In this document: positions 47,462 to 56,702 of the stretch, in pieces | Numbering within the stretch: the first letter of the stretch is position 1 | Layout: every line of letters starts with the position of its first letter | From: a virus | Strand: one strand, 5' to 3' | Length of the DNA stretch: 64,000 bases | Virus record (IMG/VR): IMGVR_UViG_3300036670_000250 | Span: 5,898 to 69,897 of that record | Made by a program: the position numbers and the translations under genes | Notes under the pieces: model-generated | What the model was told of the DNA's origin: nothing | The model's input: the letters and a program-made list of their open reading frames with translations, nothing else | Databases searched by the model: none

Positions 47462-49183
47462 CTATTTTAGAGTTTTTATCCTTTCCTGTATATCATTTGG
47501 TAAAGTTTTAATTAGACTGCCAAAGCATGCATCTAATACATACGTAATTGCCCAGTCATTTTTGTTTCTAACAGAACGACCAACACCCTGTGCAAAACTG
47601 ATTGAAGTTTTCCATGAATACCAGTCAGGTGAGTAATTCATTTTTGCTTTAATATGAGGTGAGCCTAATGATGGATACGGTACTTTAAAAAATATTTGAA
47701 ATCTACTAATGTCATCACTTAAATCTAAACCTTCCAAAATAGATGGGCCTATTAAAATACCATTATTTGAACTTTTAAATTCAGATAATGCTTCTGCTTT
47801 GGTTTTTGAATCAGTGTAACTAATAAATCTACTATGCTCGGAACTACCGTCAAGTATTTTTTGTGTAAAATCATAAGAACCTGTGTGAATAATTCCTCTA
47901 TGATTATTATGTTTAATTAAAATTTTATCCATCATTGATAGTACATGAGGAAATGATTTTTCCTTATGTGCCATTGATAGTTTAAATTTATTAACAAATA
48001 CGATTGGAGACTTTTCATAATTAAAATCATTGTTAATTCTAATAAATTTTGCATCAGTAATACCCATAATTTTCATATAACTTTTAGGATCACCTATTGT
48101 AGCTGACATAAATACTTTAAATCCTGCCTGTTCATGCAAATGTTTTCGTATCATCCACTGTTCATCAACACATGTAAATTTAACGATATCTTTGCTTTGA
48201 TCTACTATCATTTTGTTAATACCAACCTCAGTTATAATATTAACGTAATCTTCAAATTTGCAATGTATATCTTTAAGGTTGTCAAAAATTGAAAAAGCAG
48301 TTCTCCACTCCTTTGGTACTATGGCGTTATTATATTTTTTTTTTGAAATTGCTTTTACATGGTCTTGTAATATAAGATACTCACTTAAAGTAGAAATAAA
48401 ATGTTTCATTATAACAATCAACTCATCATTCTTTTTACGTGAAAGTAGTAAGTTAACTAATAGCTCTATTGAATTTTGTTTGACGTGTGGTAGTCTAAAA
48501 CTCCACTTTCTAAAAAACACGTTGAGCGTATCTACTTTTGATATTAGTGTAAAATCTAATTTAGGGCTGAAATGATTTTGAACAATATCATCTACTTTAT
48601 GAGCTTCATCAAAGAAAATAAAATCACGCTCAGTAAAAGCAGAAGAGGTGTCATCATTTTTTTTAGAGTCAACATAATTTCTCTGTATTAACCAAAAGCT
48701 ATAATTAAGTAAAGCAACTCGAGATTCTATTGAAGTTTGCCTAGCTTGTAAATACTCACAAGTACTCCAACAACTTAATTCTTTTGCTCTTTCATAACCC
48801 ATACCTTTTAATCTACAATCCCCTAAACTAAAGGGTAAACCATTAACATGGCATGTATAATTATCTACACCCTTAATAGACCCCCATGGTAATTTAAAGT
48901 CTAAAATAGCATTCTCGTATTGATCTTGTAAACTTAAATCGCTTGCAATTAAGTACCCGTGCTTTCCTAGCTCTGATAATACCAACGATGAAGCAATAGC
49001 GATAATAGATTTTCCAGTTCCGGTTGGGGCCGATATGACTACTGTAGATTTAGGATTTTCAAAATAAGCATGACATATAGCCTCAACAGTTTCTCGTTGA
49101 TTTAGTCTAAATGAAAAATTTAAACCTAATTTATTTTCTTCTAAAATTTTATCTAATGTACTTGTTATAGTTTCGTTCAACAT
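47462..49183 (-). CDS. DinG/Rad3-family SF2 helicase
   Basis: APTGTGKS, Fe-S cysteines, DEAH, MSAT, EGLD and QGVGRSVR motifs. Confidence 0.9.
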   Translation of the reverse strand: MLNETITSTLDKILEENKLGLNFSFRLNQRETVEAICHAYFENPKSTVVISAPTGTGKSIIAIASSLVLSELGKHGYLIASDLSLQDQYENAILDFKLPWGSIKGVDNYTCHVNGLPFSLGDCRLKGMGYERAKELSCWSTCEYLQARQTSIESRVALLNYSFWLIQRNYVDSKKNDDTSSAFTERDFIFFDEAHKVDDIVQNHFSPKLDFTLISKVDTLNVFFRKWSFRLPHVKQNSIELLVNLLLSRKKNDELIVIMKHFISTLSEYLILQDHVKAISKKKYNNAIVPKEWRTAFSIFDNLKDIHCKFEDYVNIITEVGINKMIVDQSKDIVKFTCVDEQWMIRKHLHEQAGFKVFMSATIGDPKSYMKIMGITDAKFIRINNDFNYEKSPIVFVNKFKLSMAHKEKSFPHVLSMMDKILIKHNNHRGIIHTGSYDFTQKILDGSSEHSRFISYTDSKTKAEALSEFKSSNNGILIGPSILEGLDLSDDISRFQIFFKVPYPSLGSPHIKAKMNYSPDWYSWKTSISFAQGVGRSVRNKNDWAITYVLDACFGSLIKTLPNDIQERIKTLK

Positions 49184-49206
49184 GTTTCTTTAATTAGATA
49201 TAACAA

Positions 49207-49926
49207 TTATTTGCGGTCTTTTATATTTTTTATAATTTCTTCAATCACAAATTTATCCTGCTCATATGTTAAATCATACCAATCAATATTTAATTGTTGC
49301 ATTTCTAAATTACTCATTGAATTTATAAGATGGGTAATTTCATATTCATTTCGATTTGATAACTTTATGCTATTTAAATTATCAAATGCTTCTTTTGCAA
49401 AAATCATATATCCACAAAAATACTTCCCACTAACCACGCCATGTGGCTTTTCAACAACTACATTATTAAGAATAGTTGCAAGTTGAAGATTCCTTGCACG
49501 AGTTTCATAATTCATATATGTAATAATACTCTTTTTTGGATCATGATATTCCAAACCAATATTACCGTTATAGAAATTATCACCGAATAAGCATAAAAAA
49601 GGTTCATGAAATATACCTTCCCATGCCTTTATTGCAGCACCTGGTCCATATTCATCGTCTTTTTGAAACTCGTAAAATATATTAATTTTATTTTTATATT
49701 GAGATAGACTTTCAATAATAGGATGTGATAATTTAGTGTTATTATGTTTAAAAAAGAAATCTGATTTGCTGATAGTTACATAAGCATTTTCAATACCATT
49801 TTCAATACAAAATTCAACGCAATACTGAATTGTTGATTTTCCTAATATAGGATCTATTAATTTGTTTGAACCGTATCTAGTTGATTTGCCTGCAGCTAAA
49901 ATAATTGACTTTGTTACTCTATTCAT
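49207..49926 (-). CDS. Sugar-phosphate nucleotidyltransferase (RmlA-like)
   Basis: ILAAGKSTRY, FGDN, VEKP and SNRNEYEIT motifs. Confidence 0.85.
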   Translation of the reverse strand: MNRVTKSIILAAGKSTRYGSNKLIDPILGKSTIQYCVEFCIENGIENAYVTISKSDFFFKHNNTKLSHPIIESLSQYKNKINIFYEFQKDDEYGPGAAIKAWEGIFHEPFLCLFGDNFYNGNIGLEYHDPKKSIITYMNYETRARNLQLATILNNVVVEKPHGVVSGKYFCGYMIFAKEAFDNLNSIKLSNRNEYEITHLINSMSNLEMQQLNIDWYDLTYEQDKFVIEEIIKNIKDRK

Positions 49927-50672
49927 TTTTCGTATTTGATTTCTAATTCATTAAATATCATATGACCTTTATTTAAAAACAGTTGAGCTAATTCATATCT
50001 TTCATTTAATTCAAAAAAAGGAACAGCACCCAGTAGGTGAATAGCTAAATAAAATTTTAAAAGATAAGGATCATACCATTCATACATTAATTTTTCTGCT
50101 TCGCTACAAAATTTAAAGTATTGTTTATTGTGTTCATTATATATATGCGATTCATAGTTCATTACAAACGATTGCATTAGTTTGCCGTAGTCGTAATAAT
50201 CTTGTTCATCAGTGCCCCTAGGATCAATAAAAATAAAATCATTGTCGTATAATATATTGCTTATAGTTAAATCGCCGTGAACAAAACCCCAATTAGAGGA
50301 AGCATTAAAAGTCCCTTCATATTTATAACCTGTTCTTAATTCTAATTTATCTAAATATGATCTTGTGTTAATATCAGTACCGTAACCATCAAAATTATTA
50401 ATGATAGAGATTAAATTATTTAATTGATCTAATGATTTAGATGTATTTTGTGATTTAATAACGTCGTACCATGTTGGGTGCTTTTTCATTGTATATGAAT
50501 TAAAACCAACTGATTCAATTTTAATAAAGTTAGGGTGATTACATTGTTGAAGCCACTCTAATTGCTGTTTAAATTTAACAGGAGCAAATGAGCCTGCTTC
50601 TTTTATTACAAAATTTTTATGTAAATATACTTTATCCCCACTGTTACCAATTAAGAGTTTATTATTATGCAT
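49923..50672 (-). CDS. APH/choline-kinase-like phosphotransferase
   Basis: HGDLTISNIL, IDPRG and YDYGKL motifs. Confidence 0.8.
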   Translation of the reverse strand: MHNNKLLIGNSGDKVYLHKNFVIKEAGSFAPVKFKQQLEWLQQCNHPNFIKIESVGFNSYTMKKHPTWYDVIKSQNTSKSLDQLNNLISIINNFDGYGTDINTRSYLDKLELRTGYKYEGTFNASSNWGFVHGDLTISNILYDNDFIFIDPRGTDEQDYYDYGKLMQSFVMNYESHIYNEHNKQYFKFCSEAEKLMYEWYDPYLLKFYLAIHLLGAVPFFELNERYELAQLFLNKGHMIFNELEIKYEK

Positions 50673-51205
50673 TTGATGTTAAGTTTATTAGCAAAAGTTA
50701 AATCTACTTCAGAATCTCCTATCATAATGAAGTCTGATTTATTATACTTGTTTAAATAGTGTTTAAGTATAATATTACCCATAGATGGGTGGGGTTTTTT
50801 TTCAGTAACGTCTTCTCTTGTTAAAATTAAATCAAATTGATTTTGATTAATATTGTGATAAGACATAATTTTATTAATATTTTCTCTAGATGAATTTGAT
50901 GCTATAACATAATGATCAAAAATACGGTTTTCTATAATATACAACAACAGTTTGTTTACTTTTGTTTTATAAATGCTTTTAGTAAACATTTCTTTTTTAT
51001 ATTGTTTAGCTAATAATGATTCATTATCTGTTAATTGATATTTTTTTAATAAAACATCAATTCCGTAATTTATATCTGATAAAATATGTTCAATTGGAAT
51101 TTCTCTGTTTAAAACTCTATCCAGGGCATGTTTCCATGAAGACGCGTGAACATTTATTGTTTTGACTAAAGTATCATCAAAATCAATAATTAAGCATTTT
51201 TCCAT
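50651..51205 (-). CDS. HAD-family phosphatase/phosphomutase; likely start MEKCLII
   Basis: DFDDTL, KPHP and IGDSEVD motifs. Confidence 0.85.
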   Translation of the reverse strand: MEKCLIIDFDDTLVKTINVHASSWKHALDRVLNREIPIEHILSDINYGIDVLLKKYQLTDNESLLAKQYKKEMFTKSIYKTKVNKLLLYIIENRIFDHYVIASNSSRENINKIMSYHNINQNQFDLILTREDVTEKKPHPSMGNIILKHYLNKYNKSDFIMIGDSEVDLTFANKLNIKCIIINS

Positions 51206-51270
51206 ATTTGACAATTTAATATTATACAATAAAATTAAAAAAAGTTTTATGAAATGGTTATGCAGTTAAT

Positions 51271-51306
51271 CAAAAAGGACTATTTAGATATCTAAATAGT
51301 CCTTTG
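51271..51306 (-). terminator. Palindromic terminator after the Hc1-like gene
   Basis: aaaggactatttaga-ta-tctaaatagtccttt. Confidence 0.7.
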
Positions 51307-51349
51307 ATCCACGAGTTGTAACTAGTGGAAAAACTGTAATTGTTAAAGT

Positions 51350-51526
51350 TTACAAGTTGTTCTTGGTCTCTTGTACATGTAATCGTAAGTCTTGCGCTAA
51401 GACCTTTATGTCTTGCATAGTTTTACGAATTCTAACGGCTGCTGCTTTATTTCCCTTAACATAAAATTTGTCTATGTCATCCGCACATATAGTTACTAAT
51501 TCTTTAATCTTTTCAAAGTGTTCCAT
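51350..51526 (-). CDS. Histone H1-like (Hc1 family) small DNA-binding protein, 58 aa
   Basis: Below the ORF-track cutoff. MEHFEKIKELVTICADDIDKFYVKGNKAAAVRIRKTMQDIKVLAQDLR...; the KF..KGNKAA..R.RK motif. Confidence 0.8.
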   Translation of the reverse strand: MEHFEKIKELVTICADDIDKFYVKGNKAAAVRIRKTMQDIKVLAQDLRLHVQETKNNL

Positions 51527-51617
51527 AATTGTTTGTTTTAGTTATTATATATATTCATCTAATAAAAGTTTACTTCGCGAGCAGTATTTTAATTATATAC
51601 GTTGTTTATAGTATCTA

Positions 51618-52724
51618 TTATTTTTTAAAAAACTTTTTTATTACAGATACAACTCTATTAATATCAGCAGTTGTCATAGCAGTACCTGATGGTAAACATA
51701 TACAGTGTTGAAATAAAGCTTCAGATGTTCCGTTTATATATTTTCTTGCTGGATTATATGCTGGTTGTAAATGCATAGGACACCATATTCTACGTGACTC
51801 AATGTTAAATTTTTCTAAATGATCAATAAGATCTTGTGGATTATGTTCAGGCTTTAAAAAAGCGCAAGTTAGCCATCTATTTGATCTATCAGTTGATCGT
51901 TCTGATTGAAAGCTTAAAAATAAATTTCCTAATTTATTTTGATATATTTTATTAATGTTTCTTGTTGATTTAATACGGTCCTCAATAACTTCAATTTGAC
52001 TAATACCAATCGCAGCAAGTATATTACTTAACCTATAATTATAACCGATATCAGTGTGCCAATAGTATGGATAATCATCTTTAGCTTGTGTTGATAGAAA
52101 TTTCATATAATCTGCCATTTCTTTATCATCAGTTACAATTACACCACCGGCTGATGTAGTTAGTAATTTATTACCGTTAAATGAATAAATTCCAATTTTA
52201 CCAAAAGTACCTGTGTGTTTATTATTGTATAGAGAACCAAGACTTTCAGCAGCATCCTCAATTATTGGAATATTATAAGCATTTGCTATTTTACATATTT
52301 GAGTCATGTCACAAGATACTCCAAATATATGAACAACTATTATTGCTTTTGGTTTTTTTGGTAAATTAATTATTGCAGTTTCCAGTAAAGATGTATCCAT
52401 ATTCCAAAATATAGGTTCAGAATCAATATAAACTGGATTAGCATTAAGATATGTAATTGGGTTTACGGTTCCTGCAAACGTTAATGAAGAACATATTACG
52501 TAATCGTCTTTACTCACGTTGAGGGCTCTTAGCGCTAAATGAATACCAGCGGTTCCAGAGTTAACTCCAATTGCATATTTGCTACCAACATAATTTGCAA
52601 CTAAACTTTCAAATTTGTCTAAAGAAGGACCAGTTGGAGCAACCCAATTACTGTCAAGAGCTTCTTTTATATGAGAAAGCTCAGTTCCTGACATGTGCGG
52701 TGGTGATAAGTAAATTCTTTTCAT
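51618..52724 (-). CDS. DegT/PglE-like PLP sugar aminotransferase
   Basis: NSGTAGIHLAL, EDAAESLG, SFNGNK and GYNYRLSN motifs. Confidence 0.92.
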   Translation of the reverse strand: MKRIYLSPPHMSGTELSHIKEALDSNWVAPTGPSLDKFESLVANYVGSKYAIGVNSGTAGIHLALRALNVSKDDYVICSSLTFAGTVNPITYLNANPVYIDSEPIFWNMDTSLLETAIINLPKKPKAIIVVHIFGVSCDMTQICKIANAYNIPIIEDAAESLGSLYNNKHTGTFGKIGIYSFNGNKLLTTSAGGVIVTDDKEMADYMKFLSTQAKDDYPYYWHTDIGYNYRLSNILAAIGISQIEVIEDRIKSTRNINKIYQNKLGNLFLSFQSERSTDRSNRWLTCAFLKPEHNPQDLIDHLEKFNIESRRIWCPMHLQPAYNPARKYINGTSEALFQHCICLPSGTAMTTADINRVVSVIKKFFKK

Positions 52725-53260
52725 AATTTTTGTATTAATGCAGGATTTCCGTACGCTATTGTATTTGAGGGTATATTTTTAGTAACTATACTACCTGCCC
52801 CAATGATACAGTTACTACCTATTGTAATATTTGGTAATATAACCGAGCCTGCTCCAATTAAAGTGCAGTTACCAATACTAACATTCCCACAAAGAGTTGC
52901 ATTTGGAGCAATATGACAAAACTCGCCAATCATACAATCATGATCGACAGAAGAGCTAGTATTAATTATAGAATGATTTCCAATACTAACGTTATTTTGA
53001 ATAATAGCTCCAGGTGCTATTAAAATGCCAACGCCGAGTTTCACATCATTACATACATAAATACCTGAATTTATATTAATAAAGTTTTTACCATTTAAAT
53101 TTATTGAAATGTTTTTACGACTAACGTTGTCACCAACGCCGATAAACCATGTAATGCTTTTAGCTTTAATATAATCATTATCGTTATAAAAAGATGTTGA
53201 TGTTTTAAGTAATGATGCAATCATTTTTGCATGCCCGCCTTTACCATAAATATTTATCAT
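52721..53260 (-). CDS. PglD/NeuD-like hexapeptide acetyltransferase
   Basis: IYGKGGHA, GVGDN..R, VDHDC, hexapeptide repeats and GNPA. Confidence 0.88.
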   Translation of the reverse strand: MINIYGKGGHAKMIASLLKTSTSFYNDNDYIKAKSITWFIGVGDNVSRKNISINLNGKNFININSGIYVCNDVKLGVGILIAPGAIIQNNVSIGNHSIINTSSSVDHDCMIGEFCHIAPNATLCGNVSIGNCTLIGAGSVILPNITIGSNCIIGAGSIVTKNIPSNTIAYGNPALIQKL

Positions 53261-54321
53261 ATTTTATTTTTAAATTCAGGTACAATTTTTTTAATTAATG
53301 ATGTTATTCTATGTAAATCATTATTTTTAATTTTAAGCAGTTGTTCAATATCAAAAATAACAGTTTTAAAATCCAAATTTGCATGATTGAGTTTCATTAT
53401 AAAGGGTTCATTAGTAGGTATGCTGTTTTCACCATTACATAATAATTCTTCAAATAATTTTTCTCCTGGTCTTAATCCAATAAACTCTATTTTAGTACTA
53501 GGTTTATTTAAAATTCTAATTAATTTTTGAGCAAGACTAGTTATTTTTACAGGATTTCCCATATCAAATAAAAATATTTCACCACCTGTACCTAAAAAAG
53601 ATGAATGTAACACTAATTGTGCAGCTTCAGGAATAGTCATAAAATATCTAATAATGTCCGGATGTGTTATTTTAACAGGACCGCCTGACAAAATTTGATC
53701 AATAAATATTGGCACAACAGAACCATGAGAACCTAACACGTTACCAAATCTTGTTGTTATAAAAGATGTTTGCGAACTGTTGTTAATATGTTGTACATAA
53801 AGTTCTGAAATTCTTTTAGTTGCTCCCATTATATTTGTTGGGTTTACTGCTTTATCAGTTGAAATCATTACAAAAATTTCAACATTATACTGATTTGCAA
53901 GTTCAGCAACATTTTTAGTACCAAGAATGTTTGTTTTTATTGACTCTATTGGATTGGATTCCATCATCGAGACATGCTTATATGCAGCAGCATGGTATAC
54001 AATATTAGGTCTAAACTGTTCAAAAACTTCATTTAATCTATCGCAATCTCTAATATCGCCAATTATGTATGTTATATCAGTTTCATGGTTTAATTTTAAA
54101 ATTTCTTGTTGAAGATAAAAAAGAGGACTTTCTGCGTTATCGTATACAATAATAGAATTAACATTAAGTTGTATAAGTTGTCTTACAATTTCGCTGCCGA
54201 TTGATCCGCAGCCGCCTGTTACTAGAACGCAGTTATCCTTGATGAAATTTTTAATTAATCCGCTATTAATTTCTATAGGTTCTCTATCTAAAAGATTATT
54301 ATAGTTTATTAAATTGTTCAT
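53257..54321 (-). CDS. PglF/CapD-like UDP-GlcNAc 4,6-dehydratase (soluble domain only)
   Basis: LLDREP, TGGCGSIGSE, HAAAYKHV, STDKAVNP..MGATKR, RFGNVLGS and GLRPGEKL motifs. Confidence 0.9.
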   Translation of the reverse strand: MNNLINYNNLLDREPIEINSGLIKNFIKDNCVLVTGGCGSIGSEIVRQLIQLNVNSIIVYDNAESPLFYLQQEILKLNHETDITYIIGDIRDCDRLNEVFEQFRPNIVYHAAAYKHVSMMESNPIESIKTNILGTKNVAELANQYNVEIFVMISTDKAVNPTNIMGATKRISELYVQHINNSSQTSFITTRFGNVLGSHGSVVPIFIDQILSGGPVKITHPDIIRYFMTIPEAAQLVLHSSFLGTGGEIFLFDMGNPVKITSLAQKLIRILNKPSTKIEFIGLRPGEKLFEELLCNGENSIPTNEPFIMKLNHANLDFKTVIFDIEQLLKIKNNDLHRITSLIKKIVPEFKNKI

Positions 54322-54769
54322 AATTTAAAATAGTTGATTCAAGCAAGCCTTTACTAACTAATATATTAAGTAAAGGTTTTTGCGATTGCATTATACGTGG
54401 TGATGCTTCTTGATATGATAAAAAACCGGCCCAATCGATTTCTTTAACTTGTAATTGTGATTTTGGTATTACTAAAGAAGATAAACCAATGTCTTTTAAA
54501 TCGTTGATCTTAACAATATAGTAATAAACTATTTTTTTATTTTTGTTAAAAGATACATTAAATGAATATTCAAGTAAATCAATCATTTTTTTTGTAACTT
54601 TAATACCGACTTCTTCAAAGGTTTCTCTTATTGCTGCATCAATATTAGATTCACCATCTTCAAGACCGCCTTTCGGAATACCATATGATGCATACCAACT
54701 TCGACCAGTTGTATGACCTAATAGTACTTTATTATCGTAAATTATTGCTAAGCCTGCTGATTGTTTCAT
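54299..54769 (-). CDS. Nudix hydrolase
   Basis: PKGGLEDGESNIDAAIRETFEEVG Nudix box. Confidence 0.9.
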   Translation of the reverse strand: MKQSAGLAIIYDNKVLLGHTTGRSWYASYGIPKGGLEDGESNIDAAIRETFEEVGIKVTKKMIDLLEYSFNVSFNKNKKIVYYYIVKINDLKDIGLSSLVIPKSQLQVKEIDWAGFLSYQEASPRIMQSQKPLLNILVSKGLLESTILNYEQFNKL

Positions 54770-54862
54770 TGCATTTAATTATTTATACATTAAAGAAAAA
54801 TATAGTTTAAGTAATAATCTATGAAATTTTCTTTATTTATATATCTTGAAAATATACTAAAC

Positions 54863-54948
54863 AAAAAACAGGGAGTAGCGAATTCCCTGTTTTACTTTCC
54901 GTGAACTAACCCGGTCCTAAAATGCAACTATATCTCAAGTTGCAGTTT
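54863..54948 (-). other. Multi-hairpin element downstream of nrdA (terminator, possibly a structured RNA)
   Basis: Three stems: tgcaact/agttgca, ccg/cgg and aaaacaggga/tccctgtttt plus U-tract. GC-rich relative to the flanks. Confidence 0.45.
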
Positions 54949-54950
54949 CT

Positions 54951-56663
54951 TTATGATTCACAACTTGCGCAATCCAAAATGTCTCTAGCAAATGATTGAG
55001 CTGAACCTTGACTAAATTGATAGTAAAGTGTTTTAATACCTTCCTCGTGTGCATATAAATATAATGTATTGATGTCCTTTGCTGGAACACTAGGATGAAT
55101 CATTAGATTTAGTGATTGTGACTGGTCTATAAATTTTTGCCTTTGTGCTGCCTGTAATATTATTTCTTTTGGTGAAATTTCAATAAATGATTTAAAAACT
55201 TCCTTTGTTGGAAAGTTTAAGTGCTGAACACTACCATCTCTTTTAAGAATACCTTCCCATGTTTGTGGGTCATTTAAATCATATTTAATTAATTCTTCTA
55301 TAAGAAATGGATTTTTATAAATTGTTTTTGACTTTGCTAAATCTTTAATAAAATAATTAGATTTAATAGGTTCAATACCCATAGAAACCTGCCCTAAAAT
55401 AAAAGAACTTGATTTGGTAGGTGCAACTGCAATTAATGTTGTGTTTGCATAGCCTACTCTTAAAGATTTATAACGCCTTTCATCATGTAGCCACATAGAA
55501 GCAGATTCACTTCTTTCTTTTAATGTTGAAAAAATATTATGATTTAATGCCTTTGATTGTAAAGAATCAAATGGAATTAATTTTGATTGAAGTAATGAAT
55601 GATAGCCAAGTACTCCTAAACCTAATGCCCTATGCTGCTCTGCAAACCGATGTGCTCTTGCCATACCTGGCATGTTTGTAGATTTTTTAATAAATTCATC
55701 CATAACTGCGTTTAAAAACAATACATATGTTTCAATTGCATCTGTGTTTTTAATCTCATCCCAATGTAAAAGATTAATAGAACCTAAGCAACATACAAAC
55801 GAATTAAAAGAATCAGTTGGGAGCTGAATCTCGCTGCATAAATTGCTCGCCGTAATGTCAAGGCCTAATTCCTTATAAGGAGAATTATTATTGCTATTAT
55901 CCTTAAACATAATGTAAGGGAAACCGAATTCATTTCTTTTCTGAATGATTTTAGCCCATATTTTACGTTTGTCTACATCGCCTGCTTTCATGTCTGTTAT
56001 CCATGTATCGCCAACAGTAACACCAAATTGCAAGTTTTGTATAGGATTACCATCACTTCCAATATCTAAGAATTCTAAAATATCGCTATGTTCTACCGGT
56101 AACCATGCGGCGCAGGCACCTCTTCTTGCTTCTGATTGTTTACATACATCAACTGTAGTATCATACATTCTAGCATAGTGTACAGGCCCGTCTGCAGTTC
56201 CACCAGTTGAAATTGAAGTTCCTCTTGCTCTAATGTTTCCTAAATACACAGAAGTACCACCTCCATATTTTGACATCATTCCAATTTCTCTAGATCCATT
56301 TAAGATACTATCTAAAGTATCGTCTACATTTGATCCATAGCAACTAATAGGAAGTCCTTTATCTTTACCGAAGTTAATCCAAACTGGCGTTGATAAAGAA
56401 TAGTATCCTCTATTCATATAATTTTCAAACTTTTTTGCAAAACCGTCAATTTTTAAATATTTTTCTGCCGTATTTGAAATGTTTTTAATTCTTTGTTCAG
56501 GTGATTCTTCAATATATCCTCTAGATAAGAATTGTCTGCTATCAGTGTTAAGCCAATAATTTTTTTCGTATGGTCCATTATATAAGTCACTTAATGGAGT
56601 ATTATTTAATATTGATTGGGACTCAATCTTGGTAGCTTCATTGTTAGAATAGCCGTTATTCAT
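54951..56663 (-). CDS. nrdA: Ribonucleotide reductase class I alpha subunit (no ATP cone, no intein)
   Basis: PISC, GGG, SNLCSEI, VAPTKSS, KTLYY and C-terminal CASCE motifs. Confidence 0.95.
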   Translation of the reverse strand: MNNGYSNNEATKIESQSILNNTPLSDLYNGPYEKNYWLNTDSRQFLSRGYIEESPEQRIKNISNTAEKYLKIDGFAKKFENYMNRGYYSLSTPVWINFGKDKGLPISCYGSNVDDTLDSILNGSREIGMMSKYGGGTSVYLGNIRARGTSISTGGTADGPVHYARMYDTTVDVCKQSEARRGACAAWLPVEHSDILEFLDIGSDGNPIQNLQFGVTVGDTWITDMKAGDVDKRKIWAKIIQKRNEFGFPYIMFKDNSNNNSPYKELGLDITASNLCSEIQLPTDSFNSFVCCLGSINLLHWDEIKNTDAIETYVLFLNAVMDEFIKKSTNMPGMARAHRFAEQHRALGLGVLGYHSLLQSKLIPFDSLQSKALNHNIFSTLKERSESASMWLHDERRYKSLRVGYANTTLIAVAPTKSSSFILGQVSMGIEPIKSNYFIKDLAKSKTIYKNPFLIEELIKYDLNDPQTWEGILKRDGSVQHLNFPTKEVFKSFIEISPKEIILQAAQRQKFIDQSQSLNLMIHPSVPAKDINTLYLYAHEEGIKTLYYQFSQGSAQSFARDILDCASCES

Positions 56664-56702
56664 ATTTGTATAGTTTAAGTTGTAGTTTAAGTTTTAGTGA
56701 GT

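Noticed and set aside
47462-49183. DinG as part of a type IV CRISPR or defence system
   Set aside because: No cas genes or array in the window; a stand-alone phage helicase is the simpler reading.
56668-56698. Short tandem repeat gtttaagtt between nrdB and nrdA
   Set aside because: Two copies in AT-rich DNA; too weak to support a function.
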